From Anthoceros angustus (Eukaryota; Plantae; Anthocerotophyta), in contig MU008210.1 in the NCBI GenBank assembly GCA_010909165.1, positions 124,001 through 188,000 on the forward strand: a DNA stretch of 64,000 bases. The letters run 5' to 3'. A program made the translations under genes and the position numbers. Position 1 is the stretch's first letter; each line of letters opens with the position of its first letter. The notes beneath the pieces were generated by a model. It was not told where the DNA came from and did no database searches. It was given only the letters and a program-made list of their open reading frames with translations. Shown piece after piece: positions 20,043 through 32,559 of this stretch.

Positions 20043-23000
20043 TGTGGTAAAACCGGGGCCCAGGATCCTCCACTCTAGAGGCCACACTTATCCCAGCCGG
20101 CCGTGCGTTGGGTTTCGTCCCATGAGACTTGTGTGAAAGTTCGAGGCCTTGCGATGACCGTCGCTACTGCGAGACACAACTTCTCGGCCTTCTAAGCGAG
20201 CAAGCGCCCTCTACTCACCCTCTTACATGCACCACTTGCCTTTGCTTGATCACCAATCCTCGACCTACAACGACACAACACAATTACGAGGCCGCCTTAT
20301 AGAGCCTATCACGGCGCCGAGGACCCCAGTCCACACCGATTTAGTCCCTACTTCTAAGACCACTCTTCTCCACTCGGGGCGCTCTTTTACTTGCAGTTGG
20401 GATTCGTCCCTTAGGCTGCACGGCCTTCCACTAACACCTACACTCTAATCCTCTACTCATCTCCTCATCCTCTTCCTCCTATTCTAACCTCGATTCGGGC
20501 TTCTTGGTTTGACTCGCCCTTACGGCTGCGCACAGGTCGGCCTCCACCAGCAAGTTCTTCCTTGGGCGGTTGCTATGAGTTTGACACGGGCGAGAACCTC
20601 CGAGTCTTTCCTGTAGTCTACCCTCAAGCCGAGTTCACAGGCATTGCCACACACCCAAAGCAAAGCAATTTCACAACCATTCACAAGGAGCAACTCGTTT
20701 AGGCACTTGCGTGAGCAAGTCCTCCACCAACACTCCGACCACATGACTTCCTCTCTACAGACTGCGTTGGCTCACGGTAAACGAAATTCCTCTGTAATGG
20801 CAAAGGACTCGATGAGTGGGCGCAAGGCGTGATACTTTACTTTGTGAAATCCTCCTCCTCTTATAGGAGGCCTTCCACATACAACCTCCCTTAGGTGACC
20901 CTCTGCGGTCACCTTTTCCAATATTCTATTATTTCCTACATGACATTTAAGGCACGGCATCTAAATATTATGTCTTGGTAAATTCTATTCTAGCAACTTC
21001 ACCTAAGATCATCCTTAAAGGATGTCGATTACATCACTATCCTTCTATTCTTCTATCATTTATGGTCTTTGACCATATCTAGTCTTCACCTTCTTTGGGG
21101 GGGCGTGTCCGTTGTGGATTGGCTCCTCTCCTCCTTTTGCTCTTGCCCTTCCCGGCTTGTCATCTTCCTAATGTGTGGGGCAAGTACAATCTTGCCCTTC
21201 CTCCATCTCCAGGGCTCTGATTCCTCCATCATCCGGCAATCGCGCCCCCCCTCCTTGCTCTCCTTCTTCTTCCTTCTTCTTCCCCTTGATTTATGGTCAC
21301 AGGTTGAGATCCTTTTGCTCCTTTCCTTTGTTTGGTTTGTCCATACCTATCATGGAGCATATCTTCAAAGTTCCTCCCCATTTCGCCCATGTTGTTCCTC
21401 CTAATCCTCCGGGCCTTTTTTGCGTTGGTCTCCTCTCCTCCTTGCTCTCCTTCCCTTCCGTGGGGTGAGGAACTTCTCACCCCTCCTTCCTCGGCAGGTC
21501 GGACCCGTCTGTCTCCTCGGTGGGGTTGTCTCCCCACCTCCTCTTCTCCTCAGGTGTGCTACGGACCCCGGCTCCTTCATCCTCGGCCCCGGCTCCCAAC
21601 TCCAGCGCTCGCGCCCGTGGTCTGGCGGACTACGCGTATGTCTACCAGTCAGCGGACTCTCGTGGTGGGGCGGTCACCTACCGTGGTGTAGTGGTGGTGA
21701 CCCCCAGGGCGGCTCCCCCTCCTTGCTCTCTCGCCATCTTCCTTGGCGCGCGGCTCTCCTTCCTCACTCCCAGTTCCTCGGAGTCCATGTCATTGATGGC
21801 CTCATCAAAATCGGAGGCCTCGCTGCACTGTTGCGGCTCCTTCATCATCATGAGGACCCAATGTCCTCCTCTTGGCCAACCCAAGATCTCATTGTTGGCC
21901 TTCAAAATCTGTTGAGGTGAGCCCCAAAGTATGTGCATTTGGAGATCATCAATCTCCATGGGCCACTCTCCATCCTCACACCTACCCTTGTAGGCGTCCC
22001 TTGAGGTGGTCAATTCTCCCACCTTGACATGGAGGTTACATTCTCCTCCTTGCTTCTTTGGCCAATTTTGCACGAAGGGCATAATCGCCCAAAATCTCCT
22101 CTTCCTCACCACCGGCATCATGTACCACCTTCTTGTGGTACTCCTCCTCTGGAACCTCCTTTGTTCTCGGCCATTGAGCAAGCTCTCCTTCTCCACTTGC
22201 CACTCACTTCCCTCGGCTCTAGCTCTTGTTTCTTGAGAGCCTTTCTCCTCCTTCTCTTCAAATTGAACGGGTCCTTCAATTCCTCTTCCATGTCCGGATC
22301 TTGATGGCTTGGTAGCCATCACACTCTTCTTGGCGTCCATTTGGACCTACCTTCTCCCTAGAGCCTCCGTTTTGCCCTTTCGCTCTTGCTCTAATTGGGC
22401 AAAATGCTCCTCATATACATCTCCATGAGTCCCTTTGGGTTGTTGAATGGCTCTCTCTCTTGTGACCTTCCCTCAGGACCTTCTCGCGCTTGATCCACAA
22501 GGTCGTTGGAGCTTCTCTGACCTTCTCCAACTTGGCTGCCTTCTCGTCGGACTCCATGGCCTCCAATTGCCATTTGGTCCACCTTCCTCCGGCCATGTCT
22601 TGGGCTTTCACTTCCTCTTGGCATGCCCACAAGGAGGCTGCTAGCTCCTAGCCCCTTCAAATCCACATGGTGAGTGCTTCACAAGCACTCGGCCAATTCT
22701 CTAGGGTCCCCAATTCCCCTGTTCTTCTTTGAAATCTCCAGCTCCTTGCATCGGGCCATCCGCGGCCTGGGTCCCCTCACGTCGCTCCATCCGCCCCTTC
22801 CTCCAAGCGGGTAGTGGTGGCCTCGCGCGCCTTGTTCTCCTTCCCTTCCCTACGTGTGGCTGCAGCTGGCGTGGGGTGCACCTCTAGGTGGTGCTCCCCT
22901 GCGGTGGTACCACCTACATGGTGGGGCCTGATGGTGCCCACCCTCTTGGGTGGCGCCTCCTCCCAGGTGGGGCGAGTGCCTCTTCCTAGGCACAAATGAG

Positions 23001-26000
23001 ATGGTGGGGACTCCCCACCACTTGGGTGTGGTTCCTCCTCTCATAGACTACCATTGGCCTCCTTGGCGGTTCTTGTCTCTTCTCCTCCTCTTCTTGTGGG
23101 GAAAAGATTCCCACTCCGTTGCCTCCTCTTCTCCTCCTCTTCCTCTTCTAGCATGCTTGTGGAGTCGACCTCCCTTGTCTTCCTCAATGCAAAGGCAAGG
23201 CCTTTCCAAACTTGGTGGAGATGGATGATCTCAAAGGATGCCAGCATCTTCAACTCCTTGCTTGTGAGAAGTCCCTCGTTTCCCACAAATGCACCAAATA
23301 GGTGCTAAGGTAGCAGGGCCTTGGCCCTTCCTCATCCACCGAATTTGGCTTGAGGAGCTTCTCCCGGTGGTGGATGTAGGCCTCATACATGATGGTGCCC
23401 CAATCTGGCTTGGCTCCTCTGAAATCTTCCACAAAAATTGGAGGAAGTTGGTGCTGAAATAAGAAGTCCTTTGGTAATTTACCAACCCCAGCACAATCTT
23501 CGCAAAGAGCCTCCACTTGACTCCTTGATGCTCTATTTTCCAGCCATTCTTGGCATGGGCCTTCACTCCTCCGTCCATCATGTCGAGGAACTCTGCGGAT
23601 GGAGAGGGTCCTCTTCCTCCATTGACCTTTCGAGGAGAGCAATTCGAGCTCTCCTCCTCCGGTCTCCCATACACTGTCGAATGCTCCTTACGGTCCGGCG
23701 AGGATCCGTTCGAGCATTCCTCTCGAGAGAGCAATTCGAGCTCTCCTCCTCCGGTCTCCATACACTGTCGAATGCTCCTTACGGTCCGGCGAGGATCCGT
23801 TCGAGCATTCCTCTCCTGCGAGGCTGCCTCGATTGATGGAGTTGATGTAACACTCCTCAATCAATTCCAAATTGGTGTAGGCCCATTGGCGGCCATACAC
23901 CCATCAATTGGATGTTATCCTCCTCACTTGCGAAAATCAACCAAGTCTCGGGGTTGAGCTCACTGCAAAGCACGTAAATTGAGGCATCAGCTCGCCTCCT
24001 CTTCCTCTTGCTCTAGCATGCTTGTGGAGTCGACCTCCCCGTCTTCCTCAATGCAAAGGCAAGGCCTTTCCAAACTTGGTGGAGGTGGATGATCTCAAAG
24101 GATGCATCTTCCAACTCCTTGCTTGTGAGAAGTCCCTCGTTTCCACAAATGCACCAAATAGGTGCTAAGGTAGCAGGCCTTGGCCCTTCCTCATCCACGA
24201 ATTTGGCTTGAGGAGCTTCTCCCGGTGGTGGATGTAGGCCTCATACATGATGGTGCCCCAATCGGCTTGGCTCCTCTGAAATCTTCCACAAAATTGGAGG
24301 AAGTTGGTGCTGAAATAAGTCCTTTGGTAATTTACCAACCCCAGCACAATCTTGCAAAGAGCCTCCACTTGACTCCTTGATGCTCTATTTTCCAGCCATT
24401 CTTGGCATGGGCCTTCACTCCTCCGTCCATCATGTCGAGGAACTCTGCGGATGGAGAGGGTCCTCTTCCTCCATTGACCTTTCGAGGAGAGCAATTCGAG
24501 CTCTCCTCCTCCGGTCTCCCATACACTGTCGAATGCTCCTTACGGTCCGGCGAGGATCCGTTCGAGCATTCCTCTCGAGAGAGCAATTCGAGCTCTCCTC
24601 CTCCGGTCTCCATACACTGTCGAATGCTCCTTACGGTCCGGCGAGGATCCGTTCGAGCATTCCTCTCCTGCGAGGCTGCCTCGATTGATGGAGTTGATGT
24701 AACACTCCTCAATCAATTCCAAATTGGTGTAGGCCCATTGGCGGCCATACACCCATCAATTGGATGTTATCCTCCTCACTTGCGAAAATCAACCAAGTCT
24801 CGGGGTTGAGCTCACTGCAAAGCACGTAAATTGAGGCATCAGCTCGCCTCCTCTTCCTCTTGCTCTAGCATGCTTGTGGAGTCGACCTCCCCGTCTTCCT
24901 CAATGCAAAGGCAAGGCCTTTCCAAACTTGGTGGAGGTGGATGATCTCAAGGATGCATCTTCCAACTCCTTGCTTGTGAGAAGTCCCTCGTTTCCACAAA
25001 TGCACCAAATAGGTGCTAAGGTAGCAGGGCCTTGGCCCTTACTCATCCACCGAATTTGGCTTGAGGTGCTTCTCCCGGTGGTGGATGTAGGCCTCATACA
25101 TGATGGTGCCCCAATCGGCTTGGCTCCTCTGAAATCTTCCACAAAATTGGAGGAAGTTGGTGCTGAAATAAGTCCTTTGGTAATTTACCAACCCCAGCAC
25201 AATCTTTGAAGAGCCTCCACTTGACTCCTTGATGCTCTCATTTTCCAGCCATTCTTGGCATGGGCCTTCACTCCTCCGTCCATCATGTCGAGGAGCTCTG
25301 CGGAATTTCGGAGGGGTCCTCTTCCTCCATTCGTCCTCTCGAGGAGAGCAATTCGAGCTCTCCTCCTCCGGTCTCCCATACAGCCGAATGCTCCTTACGG
25401 TCCGGCGAGGATCCGTTCGAGCATTCCTTTCGGTAATGCGGCAGGCTGCCTCGATTGATGGAGATTGATGAAGCACTCCTCAATCAATTCCAAATTGGTG
25501 TAGGCCCATTGGCGTACACCCATCCCAATTGGATGTTATCCTCCTCGCCTTGCGAAAATCAACCAAGTCTCGGGGTTGAGTGCCCCAAAGCACGTAAATT
25601 GAGGCATCAGCTCGCCTCCTCACAGCGGCGCGATCTTTGCTGCTGGCTTTTTGCCCTTTCCTCCCTTCGAGGAGGAACCTTTGGCAGGCGGTTCCTTTGC
25701 CTTTTCCTGCTCGAGGCATGGCGACGCCCTTTTTCTTCCAAATGTTCCGAGGTGTGGAAGAGATTATCTCCCAGTTCCAGACACTAGCAACCTCGGGCTT
25801 TGCTCCCAAGTGCTTCTCCTTCTCCGAGTGGCAGTTAGGGCCTAGCTGAAACACCACGGCAAGGTTAATTAGTTGGCTCCTCCACTGCGCAATCGCTCTC
25901 CTTCTTTCAAAGGTGCCTCGATAGCCAGTCACTTCACCTGGTCACGCGTCACTCTTGGTGCTCCAACTTTCAACGCTGACCCTCTTGGTATTTTCCAGCT

Positions 26001-26330
26001 GCAGGCACTTCACGCTCCATGTGGCCTCTTCTCCACCTCTTCTCCCTCTTCTTCTTCGCCAATCGCCTGAAGCTAGGGTTTCCTTCTAGCTTCCAACGTA
26101 TACCCAACCCGTCTTCTTCTCGCGCGCCGCCTTCCTTCCCCTGGCGACGATGGCGATGGCAGACTTCCTTCTCCCTTCTTGCGTTTACGCTCCAGCTCCA
26201 GTCTCGCGAAGTGAAGTTGTCTCAGTTCGAAGGGAAAGTTGGCGCTCCCCAAATTGCACTTTGCCCTCCCTAGATGTCTGCCACCTGGAGGTTTCTCAAC
26301 CCTAGATTTGATTCATCATTCCAAAATCCT
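20043..26330 (-). repeat. Family B giant LTR, 5'-truncated, with its 3' end abutting the MTase sequence
   Basis: Reverse complement of ~34200-39378. Ends ...TTTTACCACA with no PBS after it. Contains the accessory ORF relic at ~21080-26170. Confidence 0.85.
23135..25620. repeat. Tandem triplication of ~850 bp within the B LTR ORF, with a nested ~90 bp duplication
   Basis: Identical 135-aa ORFs at 23550-23957 and 24402-24809 (offset 852). A third, more indel-rich unit runs to 25620. Confidence 0.9.
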
Positions 26331-26334
26331 AAAC

Positions 26335-29300
26335 CGTCTACTTTCGTACCCGAAATGTGCACCCGAGAGGCCGGGAGATCCACCCACCTCTGGGTACTCA
26401 CAAGAGCAAGCGTTGGATTGGTTTGTGAGTGGCTTGTCTCGAAAATGGAGGTGCTGCGTGGAGCAGGCGTTGGCGGGGGCCCTCGCTTGAGGAATGGGAG
26501 TCGCCGAGTTGGGGAGGAGGAGAAAGAAGAGTCATAAGAAGAGGAAAGGATCGAGGAGATCTAGCTCCTCGTCTTCCTCTACCTCCTCCAGCTCGTCGCC
26601 TCGTCCTCATCGAGTGAGGAGAACTCGGAAAGCTCCACATCGGATGAAGAATCGGAGAAGGCCTACGGCGAATGAAGAAGGACACGAGAAGGTCAAAAAC
26701 GACAAGAAGAGGCGGGGCGCATTGGAGAAGGAGAGGAAGGGAAGGCGGTCCGTCGGATGGAGAAGGGAGAAACGTCTGCAGGAGGAGGGATTCTTTGGAC
26801 AAGTGGAGGCTTTGACCAAGAGGTTGACCGAGTTGGAGGTCAAGCGTGAAGAATCAAGCTCCACGAAGATCTCCTTCACCCGAGGCAGTTGGTGTATTGC
26901 TCAATCATCATCAAAGGGACACACCAAGAATGTATTCGCGCACCACGACATGCGTAAATCATGTGGAAACCGTCATGCCGGAGATTATTGGTATGTGGGA
27001 GCCTACGGTCTGGCCATCGGTCGGCCACCTCAATCAATGAGGCGACTTACCAGCAACTACACCGTCCCTCAAGGTATGGATCACGTCCGACATCGCCAGG
27101 ACAATGGAGACCAGATCCATCACAAAGGCCGATGGCAATTCCACAGGGATGTTGTTATAATTGCGGAGCCCCAGGTCACTACTCAAACGAATGCCCAGAA
27201 CCTCGGAAGCAAGTGGGTTATGTGCCCTTTTGCCAGGTATGTAAGGAATTGGGACATAAAATGGGGGATCCCAGGTGTACGGGGGTGGCGCGAGTGACAC
27301 CAGACCGAGGTCAGTTCACGAACTGCGGAAGAGGCACGACCCAATCCAGACGCGCTAACGACCGGTCTGAAGGTGGAGGCGAGTTGATTTTCGGCGATTC
27401 GTGTGACATCCGGAATTGTGGAGGAAGGATGAAGGAGAGATGAGCGCGGATGAAGGTTGATGGTGGCGGTGACCACCGGATCGGCCGTCGAGAGAAGGAG
27501 AGATGAGCGGCGCAGGAGGAAGGCGGAGGAAGGTGAGGGACGACTCACCTTGGCCTCCGGAGGCAGCGTTGAGGCGCGCGGGCGAAAGGCGGCCCACCAA
27601 GCGGCGGACTACCGTGATCGGCACCTCTGGTGGGCAGGCGGACTAGGCGGGCGAAGAAGGGCCAAGGAGGAGGAGCAGTGCGTTCCTCCCGACATTAAAG
27701 AAGTGGCGGCAATGGAAGATGAGCTAAACAGCTCACCCGACACGGGAAGGTGGAGGTCGCGGGAATTGAGGATCCGGGGTATAGGATCCCACCGATAGGA
27801 GGGGCATGGAATCGGAAGCTTTACCAATAAGGTCGGGTTGCGGGCACAAGCGGGAGGAAACCTTGTCGGATAAGATCTCGGTTTGACGCATTACTTGACC
27901 GCTTTTGTGGTCGGACGATTGCTTGCGGTGAGTCGAGATCCCGCAAAATTGTGAAGGAGGCGATCGGGGAATCCAGTAGGAGGAGAAAGCGGCGGAGGTA
28001 AATGTGGTCGAACTCATTGATTTTGGGGCACCCGAGATTGAGGTTGAGATTGCGGGTGTTTGGTGCCCAATGTGCCATTAGATTCGGGATCGAGTCAACT
28101 TGATGACGGAGACATCATCAACTTGGGTTCCGAGTTTCACCCGCCCGAGTATTTTACGGATGGCCGACGGACAAGGAGGAAGCCATTGGGGTCTTGAAGA
28201 ATGTATTCGCGCACCACGACATGTCAGAAATCATGTGGAAACCGTCATGCCGGAGATTATTGGTATGTGGACGACAGTGCAAGCCATCGAAGTCGGCCAC
28301 CTCAATCAATGAGGCGACTTACCAACCGACCACACCCCCTCAAGGTATGGATCACGACATCGCCAGACAATGGAGACCGGATCCATCACAGGCCGATGGC
28401 AATTCCACAGTGTTGTTATAATTGCGAGCCCAGTGTCACTACTCAAACGAATGCCCGTAACCACGGAAGCAAGTGGGTTATGTACCCTTTTGCCAGGTAT
28501 GTAAGGAATTGGGACATAAAATGGGGATCCGGTGTATGGGGGTGGCCGAGTGACACCACCAGTGGGGTCGTTCACGAGCCTGCAGCGGAAGAGGCACGAC
28601 CCAATCCGAAACCGCGACACGTGACCACGCACCGTGTTGAAGGTGGAGGAGTATGATTCGACGACCTGGGACATCAATTGTGGAGGAAGGGGTACGAAGG
28701 AGAGATGAGCGCGGATGAAGGTTGATGGTGGCGGTGACCACCGGATCGGCCGTCGAGAAGGCCGACGGAAAAACGGAGCACGAGGAAAGGAAGGAGGAAG
28801 GTGAGGGACGACTCACCTTGGCCTCCGGAGACGCGCGTTCAAGCCGAGCAGAGAAGACCCACCCACCAAGAAGGGCAGAGACTACCCCGAGTCCGGCACC
28901 CCTAGACAGCGACTACTGAGGGGCGAGACCAAGAAGGAGGGAGGAACGAATCTGCCCTCCCGACATCACCGTAGGCGATGCTGGAGGATGAGCTAAACAG
29001 GCTCACCCGACACGGGAAGGTGGAGGTCGCGGAGCCAGAAATTGTGGATCCGCCGGGTATAGGATCCCAACCGATAGGAGGGAACATGGAATCGGAAGCT
29101 TTACCAATAAGGTCGGAATCGACCAGCGCCAGGGCTGCAAACGGGGAGGAAACCTTGTCAGATAAGATCTCCACGACGACATTTGACCGCGAATTTGTGG
29201 TCACTGAGATGCTTGCTTGGTGAGTCCGAGATCCCGCAAAATTGTGAAGGAGGCGATCGGGGAATCCACAAGGAGGAGGAGGAGAAAGCGGCGGAGGTAA

Positions 29301-29370
29301 ATGTGGTCGAACTCATTGATTTTGGGGCACCCGAGATTGAGGTTGAGATTGCGGGTGTTTGGTGCCCAAT
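26335..29370 (+). pseudogene. gag: gag C-terminal half with Zn knuckles; ~1.27 kb tandemly duplicated
   Basis: SGYSQEQALDWFVSGLSRK and CYNCGAPGHYSNEC...CQVCKELGHKMGDPRC (ORF 26961-27443). Repeat units start at ~26930 and ~28200. Confidence 0.85.
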
Positions 29371-29640
29371 GTGCCATTAGATTCGGATCGAGTCAACTTG
29401 ATGACGGAGGAGAGCTCATCAACTTGGGTTCACCGAGTTTCACCCGCCCGAGTATTTTACGGATGGCCACTGCATAAGGAGAAAGCCATTGGGGGTGTCA
29501 AGAATGTACCATGATTGGGGTCTCACCTTCCATCTTACCTACATTGTGATGCGGCCGGTTTCGGATTTAGGCTATAAGGTTTTGATAGGTAGGCCTTGGT
29601 TGTATGGTACTGCGTGTGTTTTTGATTTTGGTCGTAGTGG
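29370..29640 (+). pseudogene. pol: Aspartic protease relic
   Basis: LTFHLTYIVMRPVSDLGYKVLIGRPWL. Homologous to the LDSGSGVNLM-containing ORF at 48312-48701. Confidence 0.8.
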
Positions 29641-30165
29641 CATCACCTTCAAGTCCAGTAGAAACGGACCTGCGGCGATCGCTTTTGTGTCATGGAGCAA
29701 GGCTCCCTATGAGGGGGAGTCTGCAATCCAGTCTGACGGGTACACCTCAGGTAGCACGGGGGTAAGCTCCTCGGGCAGTGACCAAGCATATCGGGGTCCT
29801 TCAGTCGAGGTCGCCGAAATAAAGAGTGATTTGGTGTACGCCTGTTTACATATAGAGGAAGTCGTAGAGGAGTCCGAGGATGAGGCACATAGGGAAGGAG
29901 TAGCCTTTTGGAAGGGTAGGCCTATGATCGAGATTTTCAAGAGGGTCCGAACCGATAGGTAGCATCCGGAGGAACATATGTAGATCCCGACGTGAAGACC
30001 TAGAGTTAGAACCTAGCAAGGTAGTCAAGATTTCTAAGTACCTAGGCGGTAGAAGAGAGAGTTTCGTAGGGTGCTTAGGGATATGTCGATGTGTTTGCCT
30101 TCAAGATTCGACATGACAGAATCGAAGAACTGGGATACATCGAATCGACTTGAAGGAGGGCACTC

Positions 30166-31116
30166 ATGAGGATCAAGCAATACAGGCTGAATCCCAAGTA
30201 TTCCATGGTTGTTAAGGATCAGCTCGACCAATATTTGGAGGCTGGGGTAATTTATCCAGTGCTCACCAGCGAGTGGGTCGCGCCCATCGTGATTGTACCA
30301 AAGAAGCAGCAGGGAAAGGTTCGGGTATGCCAAGATTTCAGGAAGCTCAATGAAGCAACGAAGAAGGATCATCACCCTTTACCTTTCATGGACAGCGTGC
30401 TGGACACAGTGGCCGGACATGAGATGTACAGTTTCTTGGACGGGTATTCTGGGTACAATCAAATTTCGCTGCGGAAGGAGGATCAGGACAAGACAACATT
30501 CACGACGGATTGGGGAACTTACGCTTATTCGAAGCTCCCTTTCGGGTTGTGCAATGCCCCTGCCACTTTCCAGCGAGTGGTGAACGCGATATTCCGAGAT
30601 TTTCTGAGAAAGTTCATGGAGGTATTCCTGGATGATTTCTGCGTGTTTGGGAGAGAACTGCATTTAGATCATTTGAGACAATGCTTTCAGAAGTGCAGGG
30701 AGTCGAACATGAAACTTCATCCAGGGAAGTGTTATTTTGGTATGACGGAAGGTATTTTGTTGGCACATCGAGTTTCAGTAAGAGGATTGCAGGTAGATAA
30801 GGATAAAGTAGCAGTGATAGCTGAGATGGACGCACCACAAACGGTGAGGCAGGTGCGAGCTTTTGTAGGACTCGTAGGGTATTACAGGAGGTTCATCAAG
30901 GATTTCGCCAAGAAGGCGGCCTTGTTGACACAATTGACCAAGAAGGATACACCCTTCGAATGGACAATGCAAGGAGGAGGCTTTTTGAAGGACTTGGTGA
31001 GCGCACCAACTTTACAGGAGGTTCATCAAGGATTTCGCCAAGAAGGCCTTGTTGACACAATTGACCAAGAAGGATACACCCTTGAATGGACCAATGCGAG
31101 GCAGCTTTTCGGCTGA
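30166..31116 (+). CDS. pol: Ty3/Gypsy reverse transcriptase (Athila-like); the last ~45 codons are scrambled by a local duplication
   Basis: SEWVAPIVIVPKK, DFRKLNEATKKDHHPLPF, FLDGYSGYNQI, LPFGLCNAPATFQR and FLDD. Confidence 0.95.
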   Translation: MRIKQYRLNPKYSMVVKDQLDQYLEAGVIYPVLTSEWVAPIVIVPKKQQGKVRVCQDFRKLNEATKKDHHPLPFMDSVLDTVAGHEMYSFLDGYSGYNQISLRKEDQDKTTFTTDWGTYAYSKLPFGLCNAPATFQRVVNAIFRDFLRKFMEVFLDDFCVFGRELHLDHLRQCFQKCRESNMKLHPGKCYFGMTEGILLAHRVSVRGLQVDKDKVAVIAEMDAPQTVRQVRAFVGLVGYYRRFIKDFAKKAALLTQLTKKDTPFEWTMQGGGFLKDLVSAPTLQEVHQGFRQEGLVDTIDQEGYTLEWTNARQLFG

Positions 31117-31613
31117 AGGACGGTTTGGTGGCCAACCACAGATTGGAGAAGCCGTTTCATGTATACGTGGATGTGTCCGCTTATGCCATTGGGACCGTCT
31201 TAAGCCAGAAGGACGAGAAGAAACGGGATCATCCGATTTTCTATGCCGGTAGACAGCTCACGGACGCTGAAAAGAACTACTCAACCACAGAGCGGGAGGG
31301 TCTTGGTATCATTTACTCCTGTAAGAAGTTTAGACACTATCTGCTTGCTTGCAAGGTGACTTTTCATGTTGACCATTTTGCGTTGAAGTATCTTGTCAAC
31401 AAGCCAGATTTGTCAGGAAGGATTGCCAGATGGGTACTACTGCTGCAAGAGTTTGACTATGACGTAGAAACTAGGCCAGGGAAGCAGCATCAGAATGCTG
31501 ATTTCATTTCTCGTCTGAAAACTGGAGAGCGACTTGAAGCCACAGATGACCGATTTCCTGACGAGGAGTTGGTTGCCACGGCGTCGAAGGGGGAGGACGT
31601 GAGCATGTTGTAG
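31086..31613 (+). CDS. pol: Gypsy RNase H
   Basis: FHVYVDVSAYAIGTVLSQ, NYSTTEREGL, DHFALKYL, RIARWVLLLQEFD and NADFISR. Confidence 0.93.
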   Translation: MDQCEAAFRLKDGLVANHRLEKPFHVYVDVSAYAIGTVLSQKDEKKRDHPIFYAGRQLTDAEKNYSTTEREGLGIIYSCKKFRHYLLACKVTFHVDHFALKYLVNKPDLSGRIARWVLLLQEFDYDVETRPGKQHQNADFISRLKTGERLEATDDRFPDEELVATASKGEDVSML

Positions 31614-32559
31614 ACGGCCTAAGAATTGATCAGCAAGTCTTGTCGCTAGCAGAGAGGCCAAATGAGCAAGAAGGGCGTTGTGCGAAAAGCTGCGCAGGAC
31701 AATGGAAATCCGAGAGAGGATAGGATGGCGCCATGGGCGCAAGGAGGAGGCTGAATGCTCCTCAAGGGTGAGCAGTCGAGGGCTGCAAGTGGAGGCCACA
31801 CGTTGGCAAAGAGAGCAAAAGCGGACATGAGAGCACCGTTTTGAGCGAAGGCCACACTTGGCGAGGTCAAGCCGGCGCCATGGGCGAGGAGAGAAGGCCC
31901 TAGGGAGGTGGACACGAGGCGAGAAGGAGATGCATCATGACAAGTTTGAGCGAGAAGAGTTGGCGGTCTGGGCAATCTCAAAATTACCATAGGTGCAACA
32001 AGGCGAGGAGGTCGCCATGGGAGCATGGACCTAGACGTAGACCAGCAGGAATGGACGAAATCAGTCCGTTAATGAGGAAGAGCATGCGACGACGCAGGAG
32101 AGAATGCGCATGGGCGCAAGGAGGAGGCTGGAATGCTCCTCAAGGGTGAGCAGTCGGGGGGCTGCAAGTGGAGGCCACGTTGGCAAAGAAGAAGCAAAAG
32201 CGGACATGAGCACCGTTTTGAGCGAAGGCCACACTTGGCGGTCGAAGCCGGCGCCATGGGCGCGAGGAGAAGCCCTAGGAGGTGGACACGAGGCGAGAAG
32301 GAGATGCGACATGTTTGAGCGAGAAGAGTTGGCGGTCTGGGCAATCAAAATTCGACCATGGAGGTGCAACAAGGAGGAGGTCGCCATGGGAGAGCTGGAC
32401 CTAGAAGAGGCTAGACCAGCAGGAATGGGAAATCAGTCCGTTAATGAGGAAGAGCATGCACAAACGCGGGAGATGCGGCATGGGCGAGGAGAAAATAGTG
32501 GATGGATACGCCATCGGGCTACGGACGACCTAGGAGGAGGCGGCGTAGCACAGGAAGGA

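Noticed and set aside
19708-20085. ORF apparently starting in the LTR and running into the MTase, suggesting an LTR-driven or post-PBS methyltransferase
   Set aside because: Its first ~14 codons are the end of the family B LTR (20043-20085) and no PBS follows. It is a chimeric junction ORF, and the true MTase start is missing.
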